A stretch of DNA of 64,000 nt from Octopus sinensis (Eukaryota), in NCBI RefSeq assembly GCF_006345805.1, contig NC_043006.1, forward strand, positions 102,734,001-102,798,000. Direction: 5' to 3'. This document shows positions 26,590 through 39,790 of the stretch, one piece after another. The notes under the pieces are model-generated. The model had not been told where the DNA came from, did no database searches, and worked only from the letters and a program-made list of their open reading frames with translations. Made by a program: the position numbers and the translations under genes. Positions within the stretch are counted from its first letter, which is position 1. Every line of letters begins with the position of its first letter.

Positions 26590-26900
26590 TAACCGGCACT
26601 CCGTCGGTTGCGGCGACGAGGATTCCAGTTGATCCGATCAACGGAACAGCCTGCTCGTGAAATTAAGGTGCAAGTGGCTGAACACTCCACAGACACGCGT
26701 GCCCTTAACGTAGTTCTTTGGGAGATTCAGCGTGGCATAAAATGTGACAGGCCTGGCCCTTTGAAATACAGGGACTACTCATTCTTGCCAGCTGAGTGGA
26801 CTGGAGCAACGTGAAATAAAGTGTCACCGCTTGGTATCGAACACCAAATTAATGATCTTGAACCGAATATCCTAACCACTTAACCACGCGACTTCACTGC
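26590..26900 (-). mobile_element. SINE carrying the tail-1 module on a different 5' region
   Basis: Reverse complement of the 31270-31450 tail, preceded by TTGCTCCAGTCCACTCAGCTGGCAAGAATGAGT. Confidence 0.7.
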
Positions 26901-26935
26901 ACACATACGTACACATACTCGCACAGTTACACACG

Positions 26936-26970
<35 letters not shown>

Positions 26971-27410
26971 GCATACATAAACAAACATGTAAATAATCGG
27001 TCAGTTGTCTGTGAGTCTGAAAAAAAAGACAAAAATAAAAAAAGTATACTCTAAAAAAATGTGAGCAGTTACATTTTATGTAGTCGGGTGGAATTTCTTT
27101 GGTAATGGCCTGTCAGAAAGTTAACCTCGGCTTCACCTTCTCTATTGCACTTGACTCCTCCGAGTCATAACCTAGGTTATACTATTTGTTTACATGTGTT
27201 TGTGTGTTTAAACACACACACACATGCATGTAACGCAGAATTATCAATGTTAACTTCTTTCGAGTCTAATAAATTCACGACCCCAAATAACATCTTCCTA
27301 TAACTTCCTTTCTATTTACCTTTGTCTTCCTAAACGCTAACATGAAAATATTTACCCTGTAATAGTCTCACCGAGTTATTAATGTAACCCACACTGAGAT
27401 GGTCATAAAG

Positions 27411-27644
27411 CAGTGGCTCTCAACCATGGTCCATCCGGCTCTTAGTCGAGAAAACCGACCCCAGGACTTATTCTTTGTAAGCCTAGTACTTATTTTATCA
27501 GGCTCTTTTGTCGAACCGCGAAGTTACGGGGACGTAAACACACCAGTATCGGTTGTCAAGCGATGTTGGGGGGACAAACACAGACACACAAGCATATACA
27601 CACACATACACACGCACACACACACACATCCACACACACACACG

Positions 27645-27675
<31 letters not shown>

Positions 27676-28088
27676 GCGTGCACACACACACGCGTGCACA
27701 CACACACACACACACACATATATATACATATATACGACGGGCTTCTTTCAGTTTCCGTTTAAAAAATCCACTCATAAGGCTTTGGTCGGCCCGAGGCTAT
27801 AGTAGAAGACACTTGCCCAAGTTGCCACGCAGTGGGACTGAATCCGGAACCATGTAGTTGGTAAGCAAGCTACTTACCACACAGCCACTCCTGCGCCTAT
27901 ATGCAATAAATTAGTAATATTTAAACAATACACAAAATATCTTAAGAAATTCTTTCATACAATTCCTAATAACATTTAATATTAAAAATGTAATAGGCTT
28001 TTTTAAAAACATCAAAAGGTCATGAAGGTCCATCCAAGTGAAACAGAAATCAAAGGGTCCCTAAAAAGAAAATGGTTGAGAACCACTG
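27411..28088. mobile_element. hAT (Charlie-like) MITE containing a nested SINE B (27431-27900)
   Basis: TIRs CAGTGGCTCTCAACC (27411) and GGTTGAGAACCACTG (28074-28088); 8-bp flanks only partly match. Confidence 0.7.
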
Positions 28089-28149
28089 GCCTAAATAGTC
28101 GACGTTCACATTTCTCTTCTTCATCTTTATATGGCTAAATTCTTTTATT

Positions 28150-28720
28150 ATTTTGCTTGTTTCAGTCATTTGACTGCAGCCATGCTGGAGCACCGCCTTG
28201 AAGGGCTTTAGTCGAACAAATCGACCCCAGGACTTATTTTTCTTAAAGCCTAGTACTTGTCGTACTTATTCTATCGGTTTCTTGAACTGCTGGGTTACGG
28301 AGACGTAAACACACCAACACCGGTTGTCAAGCAGTGATGGGTGGGGTGGAAACAGACACACACACACACACATGTATGTATTGTTGAAATTTATGGAAAA
28401 ACAGAAGACGAAGACAGGTGTATGAACAACAAGCAGGTGTATTAGTTTGACGCTCGGGAAAATGAGAAAGTCCTTTACGTTACGAGCCTGCGCTCTGCAA
28501 CAGAAAGGAACGAGAAAAAATAAACAGAGATTGAATAAAAAAAAACTTGTGAATTTAACGATCAAGCATGGACTTTCACTTTATGTTTACCAAGTTCACT
28601 CACAAGACTTTGGTTAGCCTGAGGCCATAATAGAAGGCACTTGCCCAAGGTGCCACACAGTGGGATTGAGCCCAGAATCATGTGGTTAAGAAGCAAGCGT
28701 CTTACCACACAGCCACACCT
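28150..28720 (-). mobile_element. SINE B split by a dispersed repeat (28380-28560) inserted at its internal microsatellite
   Basis: SINE B tail at 28150-28370 and head at 28570-28720. Confidence 0.75.
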
Positions 28721-31071
28721 CTAAATGGATCATCATTAGCTGCTTAACAAAACCACTATTTTAGTGTTTCAGTATTTTGTCAGTCATACCCTCGGGTTTG
28801 CAAAAGTACTAAAAACTGTGATACTAGAGTCAGTAGAATTGACCATAAACTGACCTTCTTCCTTATCAAAACAAATTATTATATGTCCTTGTAATTTTAT
28901 TGGTTAACTTATAAGAATATCCGTTATAAATGTCTATTTCGTTAAATTCATAAATATCTGCTTTGTTATATATTTGTTTTGATGTACAAAATACCGATAG
29001 AGTTAACTACCGCGTTTGATGTTTTAAGTATAGTCTAAATGACTTAAACCATATAATTCTCTCTGGACACCCATTCTTAACATTTTAAATATATTCATTT
29101 ATTAGAAGCTTTAGTCATATTTTGGTTATTATTGTTTTATCTATATGTACATAAAAAATATATTTTACCCTGTGCACTTAGTTCAAGTATAAATTTAAGT
29201 AGTGAAGTATTTTCCGATATTGTTTGAAATTTTGAAAAGGTCACATTTATTTTTCAGCGATAAAGAATATTGCATCTAAATAGCTCCAGCTAATATTTGA
29301 TTTCCATTTATTAATAGTAGTAGACAAATTATTACCAGGCATTCAGTGGCTGCAGGGTCTGGGAGTGACTCAATGCCTCTATTGTCATTTTAAAAATAGG
29401 TTCGTCTTTGGGGATACTGAATGGAATTTAAATGACACACCATAAATTTTAAAGTATTCTATGAAAGAACAGTCAATTTTTAAAAATATATTTTTCGCTT
29501 CTATTATTTGTTACATTATCTACTTTTTCTTTTGGTAGGTCAACAGCTTTAGTAAATGAAGGAGGTACACAGTCAATATATATGTATAAATTATCTAGAT
29601 TCGATTGTATGGTTGAATGACTGTTAAGATAAGCAAACTGGAAAAGAACAAATGAGTAAATTGTGTATTATTAAGAGACAAACATTTTGTAACAACAGAG
29701 TCCAAATCTAAAAATTTGGAACTAATTTTATATTCATTACATAATAATGCTTTCATGAACTCTGCAATAAAAAGAACAAATTGCTGTCTTTTAAAGAATT
29801 CGAGGTCAATCTTCAAATATTTCGCTGATAAAGTTTTGTCTAACCCAATAACTAAATAGCATTATCCAGTATGCCATGGAGGTAGGAGTGAACCCGAAAC
29901 GCGTATTTGCGAGGCGAAATTCTTAGATACACAGTGAAGCCTGTACCAAGCGTTATAACCGGTGACGAGAAACATAGTGGTAATTTAGATTTTGTTGAGG
30001 CCACATTTTTTCATTGTACGTCATTAGTGACGTAGGTTAAGACATGACTTCCTGTTCTATAATATTTGAAAGAATAAAACCCCTTTGTATTTAGTTCAAA
30101 CGATAATAATGTTTATTTAGCTAGGAGAAAGAAAAATTCATTTTTCTTTGATGAGAAAACAAATTCACTGAAATGATTTCAGGTATGCGCTTAAACTCGC
30201 GGTATGTGCTACACTTTCTATTGACGTTCTTATATAGAAATGGTCAAGGCTTCTTCGCAAAGAATATTTTACTCTTAACAAACTGCCAATATTCTATAAT
30301 ATATATTAAATTTAGGTGTTCATAACTGGAATGGTGCAGTTTTCGAACTCATAAAAACCGTGCGGTTTATCGGCAAAACTCCACATAATTCCTCATAGAG
30401 CCTCTTCTTATCAATTAGCAAACATCAGCCATAACCTAGTGCATCTGCCCCACCTTCTTCGGATTCTTCCCATTGTTGACTCATCTGTCCACAAATCTCA
30501 GTACGAAACATTTCCCAGTCCTTTCGACAATATAAAACAATAGTCTGTAATCAGTCATTCTTGCAAACCACATCTTTTCTACTTATATGTCCATCTTCAG
30601 AAGACGAAACTGAATATAAGGGCATGGGTACTCTCTACTATCGTCTTAATTTTTTAGATATTCTTAAAGGAACAAAATGTGTAATCATCACTGGGTGGGT
30701 TTTACCAGGTGTGCCAGGCTACTTCTAGATCTTTCGTCACCGTGTTTGCAGCTGAATAGGTAAAGACTTTGTAAACACCAAGGCAAGTCTCTTTCAATAA
30801 GTCTGCTTAGCTGTTAAGAATAGAAACAGCAATGCCGTAAAAGTCAGCACGAAGACAACATGGATGGTTTTTACGTCGTCTACCAGTTTGCTAGACATAA
30901 CAGTTGCATCTTTATTATTTATTGTGCCATGAGTTTGTCGTGCTAAATTGAAGTCCCTCTGCGCGTCCACAGGCCGTAGGCGGATTTAAAGTTACTTCCA
31001 AATACTCTTGTCATCACATTGAACGAGACACTGTCTTTTCTCTCCTTTGTTGAACTTGGTATTCTAACCGA

Positions 31072-31463
31072 GTGGAGGCGCAATGGCCCAGTGGTTAGGG
31101 CAGCGGACTCGCGGTCGTAGGTTCGCGGTTTCGATTCCCAGACCGGGCGTTGTGAGTGTTTATTGAGCGAAAACACCTAAAAGCTCCACGACGCTCCGGC
31201 AGGGGATGGTGGTGATCCCTGCTGTACTCTTTCACCACAACTTTCTCTCACTCTTACTTCCTGTTTCTGTTGTACCTGTATTTCAAAGGGCCGGCCTTGT
31301 CACTCTCTGTGTCACGCTGAATATCCCCGAGAACTACGTTAAGGGTGCACGTGTCTGTGGAGTGCTCAGCCACTTACACGTTAATTTCACGAGCAGGCTG
31401 TTCCGTTGATTCGGATCAACCGGAACCCTCATCGTCGTAACCGACGGAGTGCTTCCATCCACC
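31072..31463 (+). mobile_element. SINE family A, full length, tail type 1, 11-bp TSD
   Basis: A-box TGGCCCAGTGG, B-box GGTTTCGATTCCC; TSD ATTCTAACCGA at 31061-31071 and 31464-31474. Confidence 0.93.
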
Positions 31464-32399
31464 ATTCTAACCGAAAACATGCATATTTGGCAGGGCGTAG
31501 GATCAGCCTTTAGTAGTATTCCTGACCGTTAATTTACTACAAGCTTAAATGTGATTAAGATGCAGCACAGAGAATCGTTGAACTGGACGCCGTAAATACA
31601 TCTAAGCCAGTTTATCACTTACTGCATCAGCCTCACTCGTATTTTTAATTCTGAACAATTACAGGTTGTTACTTATGTATGAAATGTAAGTATTTGTATG
31701 GAAATGGAATTAAGAAATTATGAATTATTAATTTTCCTGAAAGATATTTTTATGAGTAAAAGAAAATAGTATCTTATGAGATGAGTTTATTTATCCGGTG
31801 TTTTGAATGCAGCTCAATTTGAGGGGACAAACATGGCCTTGTGGTTAAGAACTTTAGTTTGCAACCATCTGGCTCTGTGTTCGACTCTTTTGTAACAAAC
31901 CATTGCAAGTGCTATATACTATGGTTTAATCTAAGTCTTGTTAGAGAGTTAGGGCGGATAAAGACCCAACAGATATACTGTACTTGTTCTTGTTGGTAGT
32001 TTGTTCCCTCATCTAGTTTAACACAACCTCCTGGCTCTTGTGTGGGTTTATTAAACCTTAGTCGTACTGTCTCCTCTGACTTTTCTATTGCTACTACAAT
32101 GGCCTCTCTTCCTCCTATTTGGTAAGTCTAGTACTCTCTCTGTTTATGTACTTCCAATCTACGCTTCTGCTTACATCTCATTGTTGTTCTGTTTAACCTT
32201 TTTAGTTTTGCACTAACCAATATGTCCAGTTCTTCTTCCTTAAACATCAATTTTCCGGAATATCCTCACTTCTCATGCTTTCATGTCTTTCCTGCAGATA
32301 TTGGCTTACAAACGTTTAGAGTATGAACAGTATCAATTCACCCATTTCGGAAGGGCCTGCAACGATCACAAAGACTGCCCTTTCTTCCTGACACAGTAA

Positions 32400-33000
32400 A
32401 TAATAAAAAAGAGAAACTCTCTCTGTTGCAAACATTAAGGCCAGGTCTCTAGTCTGAAGATACTTCTAGTCCTTGATGGTTTGCTCGATACTGCAGCTGT
32501 GGTCTCTTCTCTCTTTTCTATCTCAAGTCTTTGAATTCCTGTAAAATCTCATGAACAGTTTCTCTCTTCTGATTAAACCAGAGCCACCAAGAGAGACGTT
32601 TCAATGTGAACTGTTTTCGGTCCTCAGAGACCATGAGTTTTTTGAGGGAGGAGATGTCAGAAATCCGGGATTCCTCTCTTGACACACTGATCCTTGACAC
32701 ACTGAGCCCAGGGTCAAATCATGATGATTTCATTAAACTCAACTGTTCTTTTGGCTCTTTCATATCTATCAAATATGGCGGCAGATTGTTAAAGCTGTTA
32801 GAATGTTGGGTAGATTATTTGGAGTAATCGTTCCAGTTCTCTACGTTCTGAATCCAAATCTTGCCGACATCAAATCTACTTGTCATCTTTTCGGAGATGA
32901 ATAGAGTTCGCGTTCCGTACTGGGAGCGATATTTCTCTTTTTCTTACGTTCTCTTTCTGTCTGGCGGTCTCTCTCTTCTGGAAAAAATTGGTTTTAATCA
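32400..33000 (+). pseudogene. Highly decayed APE-type LINE ORF2 fragment (CR1/L2/Jockey-like)
   Basis: LSVANIKARSL (NxRSL motif), a GDFN-like GAGACGTTTCAAT, LDTLIL and GSNHDDFIKL (SDH-like) in the expected order across frames. Confidence 0.4.
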
Positions 33001-33344
33001 TCCTTCCATACGGATAAGCCGCTAAGTCTGCAGATGCCAAAAAATACTTCATATATCCCAACGATTCCCCTAAAACTCAATGAAAGAGTTGAAGATCCAA
33101 GGCAAAATAAGGTAAGGCAAGGCAAAGGTATCAAATGCGATGGGAAAAAAATGAAAGGAAATATGCATTGTTCAAAAAGAAATGTTTTTGAGAATAAGGT
33201 AACTAGAATTTTCTGAGGTATCTCACATTTCTCAATGTATATGTTGTATATGTTCGTGCCACCGCCTAAAAGTGCCGCGATGATAACAGAAGCAAGAAAC
33301 ACATTGATTGACATTAAAATAAAAGATAGCTTTCAGAGAAAATA

Positions 33345-33700
33345 TCACATGGTTCTGGGTTCAGTTCCACTGCGTGGCACCTTGGTCAAGTGTCTTCTAC
33401 TATTGCCTCGGGCCCACCAAAGCTTTGTGAGTGGATTTGGTAGACGGAAACTGAAAGAAGCTCGTCGTATATATGTATATATATATGTGTGTGTATATGT
33501 TTGTGTGTCTGTGTTTGTCCCCCCAGCATCGCTTGACAACCGATACTGGTGTGTTTACGTCCCCGTAACTTGGCGGTTCGGCAAAAGAGTCCGATAGAAA
33601 TAGTACTGGGCTTACAAAGAATAAGTCCTGGGCTCGACTAAAGGCGGTGCTCCAGCATGGCTGCAGTCAAATGACTGAAACAAGTAAAAGAGTAAAAAGA
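33345..33700 (+). mobile_element. SINE family B
   Basis: Colinear with 41976-42410, missing the first ~30 nt. Confidence 0.88.
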
Positions 33701-34262
33701 CAGTAATTTCTGGGGATCATAAAACAATAAAACTAAATACATTCGTTACAACTTTGAATTGAAACAGTGTCACCGACTTGACTAAGCGAGTGATTTTTAG
33801 TTAAATGATGCTTTAGTATCTACAGCATCATTGTCATTACCTCCACCAACACAAGCACCATCTCCAGAACCGTCCAAACCATTACAAGCGACATCAACAC
33901 TGACACTAAAAGTGACTAACAACAAAACATTATAAACACATTTTGGTCAACGAAAAGATTAACAACAACAACAACAACAACAACAACATCTGAAACATTA
34001 ACAAAAATAAGAAAAACTTCTGTAAAATATATAACAAAAATAGAGAGAATCTAACGACGTTATGGAAAATAGAAGAAAACAAAAAACAAAATAAAACAGA
34101 GAACATACCAATCAATAACTATAAAATAAATTAATGATAACACATCCAAACACTGAAACGACAGCAAAAAAAAAAAAAAACCTAAAACAAAACAAGGAAG
34201 GGTATATACTAACATATATGTATATATACATATATATATATGTATGTGCGTATGTATATGTA

Positions 34263-34330
<68 letters not shown>

Positions 34331-34516
34331 CGTGTGTGTGTGTGCATGCATTTATACATACACACACACACATATATATATATATATACACTTGTATACC
34401 TCTATAAATATATATTTGTTTTTGTGCATAATTTATAAATTTATATATACAAATATGTTTGTGCGTATGTATGTCTGTGTACGCATGAGTGTGTGTGTAA
34501 GTATGTTGTGTATGTA

Positions 34517-34561
<45 letters not shown>

Positions 34562-34990
34562 GTCTAGACTCTGCGTGTACTTACACACACACACACACAC
34601 ATACACACACACGCACACACATTGAATGCCTTTATGTATTATGATTTTGTGACTACCAGCGAATTATACCGCCTTCGCAATTGGAACAAGATTAAGTTCC
34701 TTCTACTTTGTTGATGTCGCTAAAAGAATATAGTTAAAACCAAGTGCTAATGTAATACCAAACCGAGTACATTAACACCATAACGTGAAGGTCATACTTA
34801 TTCAAAGTTATAAATGTTGAAATCCCAATGGCCCTCGAAATTCCCCATTGAGCGAAAATTTTGAACTAAGTTAATGCCGTAGTCATTAGAGGATGACAAC
34901 AACCGTAAGCGACATAGGAAAAAATAAACTAAAAACAAAGCGACAGTTACGTACACACACACAAACACACGCACACACACACGTGTGTAC

Positions 34991-35057
<67 letters not shown>

Positions 35058-35227
35058 CAAATATATAAAGAACGACGAAAACACACACACATATTGCAAA
35101 CAATATTTCGTATGATAAATATTGCAGTCAACTGCACTCCCACAAGATTTACAACACACACACAGCGCATGCGCGCAGGCAAACATATCTATCCATTTTT
35201 CTCTCTCTATATATGTATGTTTTTTGT

Positions 35228-35520
35228 TCCTTCTCGAGCCATGCCTGGCTCATAAGGGCCGGTTTCCCGGCTTCCTTGGCGTATAGGTTCCCCACCTGGA
35301 CGGGATGCCGGTCGTCGCAGGTGAGCTGCAAGATGCAGGAAGAAAGAATGAGAGAAAGTTGTGGCGAAAGAGTCAGCAGAAGTTCGCCACTACTTTCTAC
35401 CGGAGCCGCGTGGAGCTTAGGTGTTTCGCTCATAAACACGCACATCACCTAGTCTGAGATTCGAACCCGCGATCCCTCGACTGCGATCCGCTGCTCTAAC
35501 CACTAGGCCATGTGCCTCCA
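35228..35520 (-). mobile_element. SINE family A with a tail-2 variant
   Basis: Head GGAGGCACATGGCCTAGTGGTTAGAGC; tail CCTGCGACGACCGGCATCCCGTCCAGG...GGGAAACCGGCCCTTATGAGCC. Confidence 0.85.
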
Positions 35521-35535
35521 CTATATATGTATGTA

Positions 35536-36150
35536 CAGGGAATGGGCAAGATAATGGAAACACCTAGCAGCATAGCATCATAATTTTGAAATATCTATAA
35601 ATCCGTCAAAAGCTTGTTTATTTTTATGTTTTTTGATTTATTATTAGTGTTGCTTAATATGTTTTGCTAAAATTTCTATTTCTTTTCAGATATCATCAGA
35701 AAAAGGTAATTAAAATTAATTAAAATTACAGATCTATCAAACTTTCAAAGAGGTCAAATCGTTGGTGCTCGTATGGCAGGTGCTAGCGTAAAGAAAACAG
35801 CCGAAATGTTTGGTGTATCACGAAGTACTGTTTCGAAAGTAATGGCAGCCTTTGAGAAAGAGGGAAAAACCTCCTCGGCGAAACAAAATTCTGGAAGAAA
35901 ATCAAAACTTTCAGATAGGGACCGTCGGATTCTTACGCAAATTGTTAGAAAGGATCACAAAAGTACAGCCCCCAAAATTACTGCAGAGCTTAATGACCAC
36001 CTCGAGAACTCAGTTTCCACAAAAAACTGTTCGCCGGGAGGTGCACAAAGCCGGATTTCACGGAAAGGCTGCAATCAGAAAACCACTATTTTCAAAAACA
36101 AACGTTGCAAAGCGTTTAGAGTGGAGTAAAAACATACAGAATTGGTCCCT
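35536..36150 (+). mobile_element. Tc1-like transposon 5' part (left TIR plus N-terminal DNA-binding domain; DDE domain missing)
   Basis: TA|CAGGG left end. TDLSNFQRGQIVGARMAGASVKKTAEMFGVSRSTVSKV...SGRKSKLSDRDRRIL then TVRREVHKAG..AIRKPLFSKTNVAKRLEWSK, with one frameshift at the A-run near 36020. Confidence 0.9.
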
Positions 36151-36255
36151 AAATGTTGCAATGAGTAGAGCAACGGATTCACCTAGTTTGGAAATTGGCA
36201 GTGGAGAAACGGAGAATATCGTTTATATTGTGTGTATATATATATATATACGGGC

Positions 36256-36302
<47 letters not shown>

Positions 36303-36399
36303 ACGCCTATTGCATACATATCTTTTTGTACGCATACATGTTCGTGTGTGTGTGACTGAAGCCATTCACAACAACCCTTCTCTGTATCTTTGTCTGTCA

Positions 36400-36469
36400 A
36401 TCACTCACTAAAAAGACGAAATTTTAAAAAATCTGTCATTTAAAAATTTTTTTAAAATCGCTCTTTCTC

Positions 36470-36512
<43 letters not shown>

Positions 36513-36648
36513 ACACATACTAACAAAACAACTTCTCATACGCACTACACGTTCTGTGTTACACACCCCATGTGTGTGTGAGTCTGTTTGATGGGGTATG
36601 CAACACAGAACGTGTAGTGCGTATGAGAAGTTGTTTTGTTAGTGTGTG

Positions 36649-36714
<66 letters not shown>

Positions 36715-37010
36715 ATAGATAACAGTAACTCGTCGCTAGAAGGGGACTTAACTCATATTTGTAAATAATGGTGGATTTCTCCGATTTGAAAATTGTTAGA
36801 CGTTATGGTTCAAAATTATTTTTGCCGCTATTCGCCTTGCTTCGGGGGAGAATAATTTCACCAAAATACAGCTAGGGTCCTGACGAATGTCCTCCTAAAA
36901 TTTGAGCGACATGCCTGCTAATTTGTGAACGTGCATAAATTACATTCACGTACACACGCATACACACAAACACACTCACATCCTGTCTTTTATATATATA
37001 CAGATATAAT
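36400..37010 (+). mobile_element. Possible Helitron-like element containing a large fold-back
   Basis: 3' end CACACTCACATCCTGTCTTTTATATATATACAGAT resembles the ends at 13600 and 43170; the 5' boundary is uncertain. Confidence 0.35.
36519..36643. repeat. Perfect 42-bp inverted repeat, extended by (TC)n/(GA)n arms
   Basis: 36519-36560 is the exact reverse complement of 36602-36643. Confidence 0.97.
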
Positions 37011-37180
37011 ACTATTTAGACAGAGAATTAAATCAAAGAGCAATGGAGTTGGCTAATAACTGTAGAGCCACAAATTGCAATACAACTGACATATTGACGC
37101 AATGTTTAACATAATGTATATGTTAATGTACTATCTTTGCGGACCCCAAGTGGGAAACCACTGTACTAGACTTATATTCT

Positions 37181-37575
37181 TTTCTACTGTAGGCACAAGG
37201 CCCGAAATTTTTTGGGGAGGGGGCCAGTCGATTAGATCGACGTCAGTACGGAACTGGTACTCAATTTATCGACCCGAAAGGATGAAAGTTAAAGTGGCCC
37301 TTGGCGGAATTTGAACTCAGAACATAAAGACAGAACAAAATATCTGTTTCTTTATTACCCACAAGGGGTTGAACATAGAAGGGACAAACAAGGACAGACA
37401 AACGGATTAAGTCGATCACATCGACCGCAGTGCGTAACTGGTACTTTATTTATCGACCCCGAAATGATGAAAGGCAAAGTCGACCTCGGCGGAATTTGAA
37501 CTCAGAACGTGACGGCAGACGAAATACGGCTACGCATTTCGCCGGCGTGCTAACGATTCTGCCAGTTCGCCGCCT
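37181..37575 (-). mobile_element. Dimeric SINE C with 17-bp TSD
   Basis: TACTAGACTTATATTCT at 37164-37180 and 37576-37592. Confidence 0.93.
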
Positions 37576-38126
37576 TACTAGACTTATATTCTGAAAGATT
37601 ACGGTAGTTAACAAACGAAATAATGGAAGGAGAAAAAAAAAACAAGCAAAAGAAATACACGATGAAAAAAAAATCATTAAAGGTCTGTAAAAAAGAACAA
37701 TTTGAAGCTAATTTTTAGCTGCTGCAGTGGAAGTTTATCAGTGACAAGGCTGTAAAAGTACGATGAAAGTTTTTGACATTTCATAGTAGATCGCACTATT
37801 GAGACGTAGACAGGAAAATGTAACGTTTATTTGTTTTTTTGATTTTGTATGGTTAAAGTGACTAATCTAATATGTAATTGCTTCAGTTTTAACTCTTAAT
37901 CTCGTATTACACATACGCGCATGCGTGCACAGAAACGTTCACACATACATACACCCACGAACACACGCACACAAGCACACACACACACACACACACACAC
38001 GCACATATATATAAACCTTTGATATATATACATATATATATATATGTGTACATGTGTTTCTGTGTGAGTGTACGTGTGTGTGTATATATATAGAGAGACA
38101 TATATATGATTATATATATATATTAT

Positions 38127-38160
<34 letters not shown>

Positions 38161-38299
38161 CATATATATAATTATATATATATAACATATATATATAATT
38201 ATGTATATATACATATACATATAAGTACATATATATAATTATATATATATATATGTATGTATAATGTATGTTATGCAGATACGTGTGAGAATGTACGTG

Positions 38300-38369
<70 letters not shown>

Positions 38370-38887
38370 CCTTACATACATACATGCGTACATACATAAT
38401 TCTCAGACACATAAACAGAGACTGACAAACACATTGTTATTAGCTCTTATTTAAGACATGTCAATGTTGAAAAACATGACAAACAAAAAAAAATGTAGCT
38501 GAACAATTTGTTATCGAGTTTTCCTCAGAAAAGCCTGAAGGCCAGTTTGCTTTTATTAGTCGGTAAATTAAAACTTTAAACAGACAACGTACTCGTTGTT
38601 CTGATGTTCCAACAGACTAATATCCGTTATTAAATGTGTTTGTCTTTTTATATTGAAGTTAAGTGTCGTCGGTGGACATAGCGCAAACAGCCCGGCGTCA
38701 CTGGTGGTAATATTTCTTTCGATATTTAGCGAGATATGTAATGTTTTTAAGTGCAAATCCTGACTGATTTCAAGTTTTGTTTTTAATTCCTCGGGAGCTG
38801 GGTGTGAATCAGTAAAATAAGAGCCTATAATGTTGTATATTTAGTGAGACAGTAACACAACGAATTTGAAATTAAATTTGTGAACAG

Positions 38888-39045
38888 AGGCACGGCTGTT
38901 TGGTAAGAAGCTTGCTTCCCAACCACGTGGTTCCAGCTTAAGTCCCACTGTGTGACACCTTGGGAAAGTGTCTTCTACCAAGCTTCGGGCCGACCAAAGC
39001 CTTGTGAGTGGATTTGGTGGACGGAAACTGAAAGAAGCCCGTCGT
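38888..39045 (+). mobile_element. SINE B 5' half ending at its internal (TA)n
   Basis: GGCACGGCTGTTTGGTAAGAAGCTTGC...GAAAGAAGCCCGTCGTA. Confidence 0.85.
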
Positions 39046-39070
39046 AAATATATATATATATATTTTTTTT

Positions 39071-39790
39071 AAACATATCAAAGGGAAATGGAAAATAAAT
39101 GAAAATTTTCACCTCCATGGCCAAACGTGTAAAAAAAGTTAGCCCCAAAAGACCATGAATTAGTCATAATATATAGTGTACATTTAAACATATAAGGAAT
39201 CCACTCGTGGGATTCAACACGCTAGAAAGAACAGCTAAGTTCCATAACCACAAAAATTAGGGATAAAATTCGACAGGAACGAAATGAAAAAATAAAATCA
39301 TTTTACCATCTAGTTTCCTGGACCAATTGGTTTCTGATTTTAGTTTAGCAAGAAAATAAATAATATTTGCTCACGAGGACGATTTCACCAATCGTCCTCA
39401 ACAAGTACACCTTGGGTTAAATATATAAACAACGAGGCAATCAAACTATATGCCTCCCGTTTATATAACCTAATTTTTCAAAATCTACTGCGCAGACGCA
39501 GCAGTTCGCAGGCAATAAAAAAATGCCAACTTTTAAAATCGAAAATTATCTAAGAAACTTACAATACTTAAACATATCAAAGGGAAATGGAAAATTAATT
39601 AAAATTTCCACTTCCAGTGGCCTAACGTGTAAAAAATTTAGCCCCAAAAGACTATGAATTAGTCATAATATATAGTGTACATTTAAATCCAACCATGGAA
39701 TTCAACATGCTAGAAAGAACAGCTAGGTTCCATAACCACAAAAATTAGGGATAAAATTCGACAGGAACGAAATGAAAAAATAAAAACATT
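39071..39790. repeat. ~499-bp tandem repeat, 1.45 copies
   Basis: AAACATATCAAAGGGAAATGGAAAAT at 39071 and 39570; the ~220-bp overlap is highly similar. Confidence 0.92.

Noticed and set aside
29300-29860. Open minus-strand frame (~88 aa) vaguely like a Penelope RT C-terminus
   Set aside because: No diagnostic motif could be confirmed.
29895-29975. Short resemblance to 18S rRNA (GAGGCGAAATTCTTAGAT) and a mariner VITGDEK motif
   Set aside because: Each match is under 25 nt with no extension; compatible with chance or an unrecognisable fossil.
31072-31145. tRNA-like sequence (also other SINE heads)
   Set aside because: Continues into a SINE body with TSDs; not a tRNA gene.
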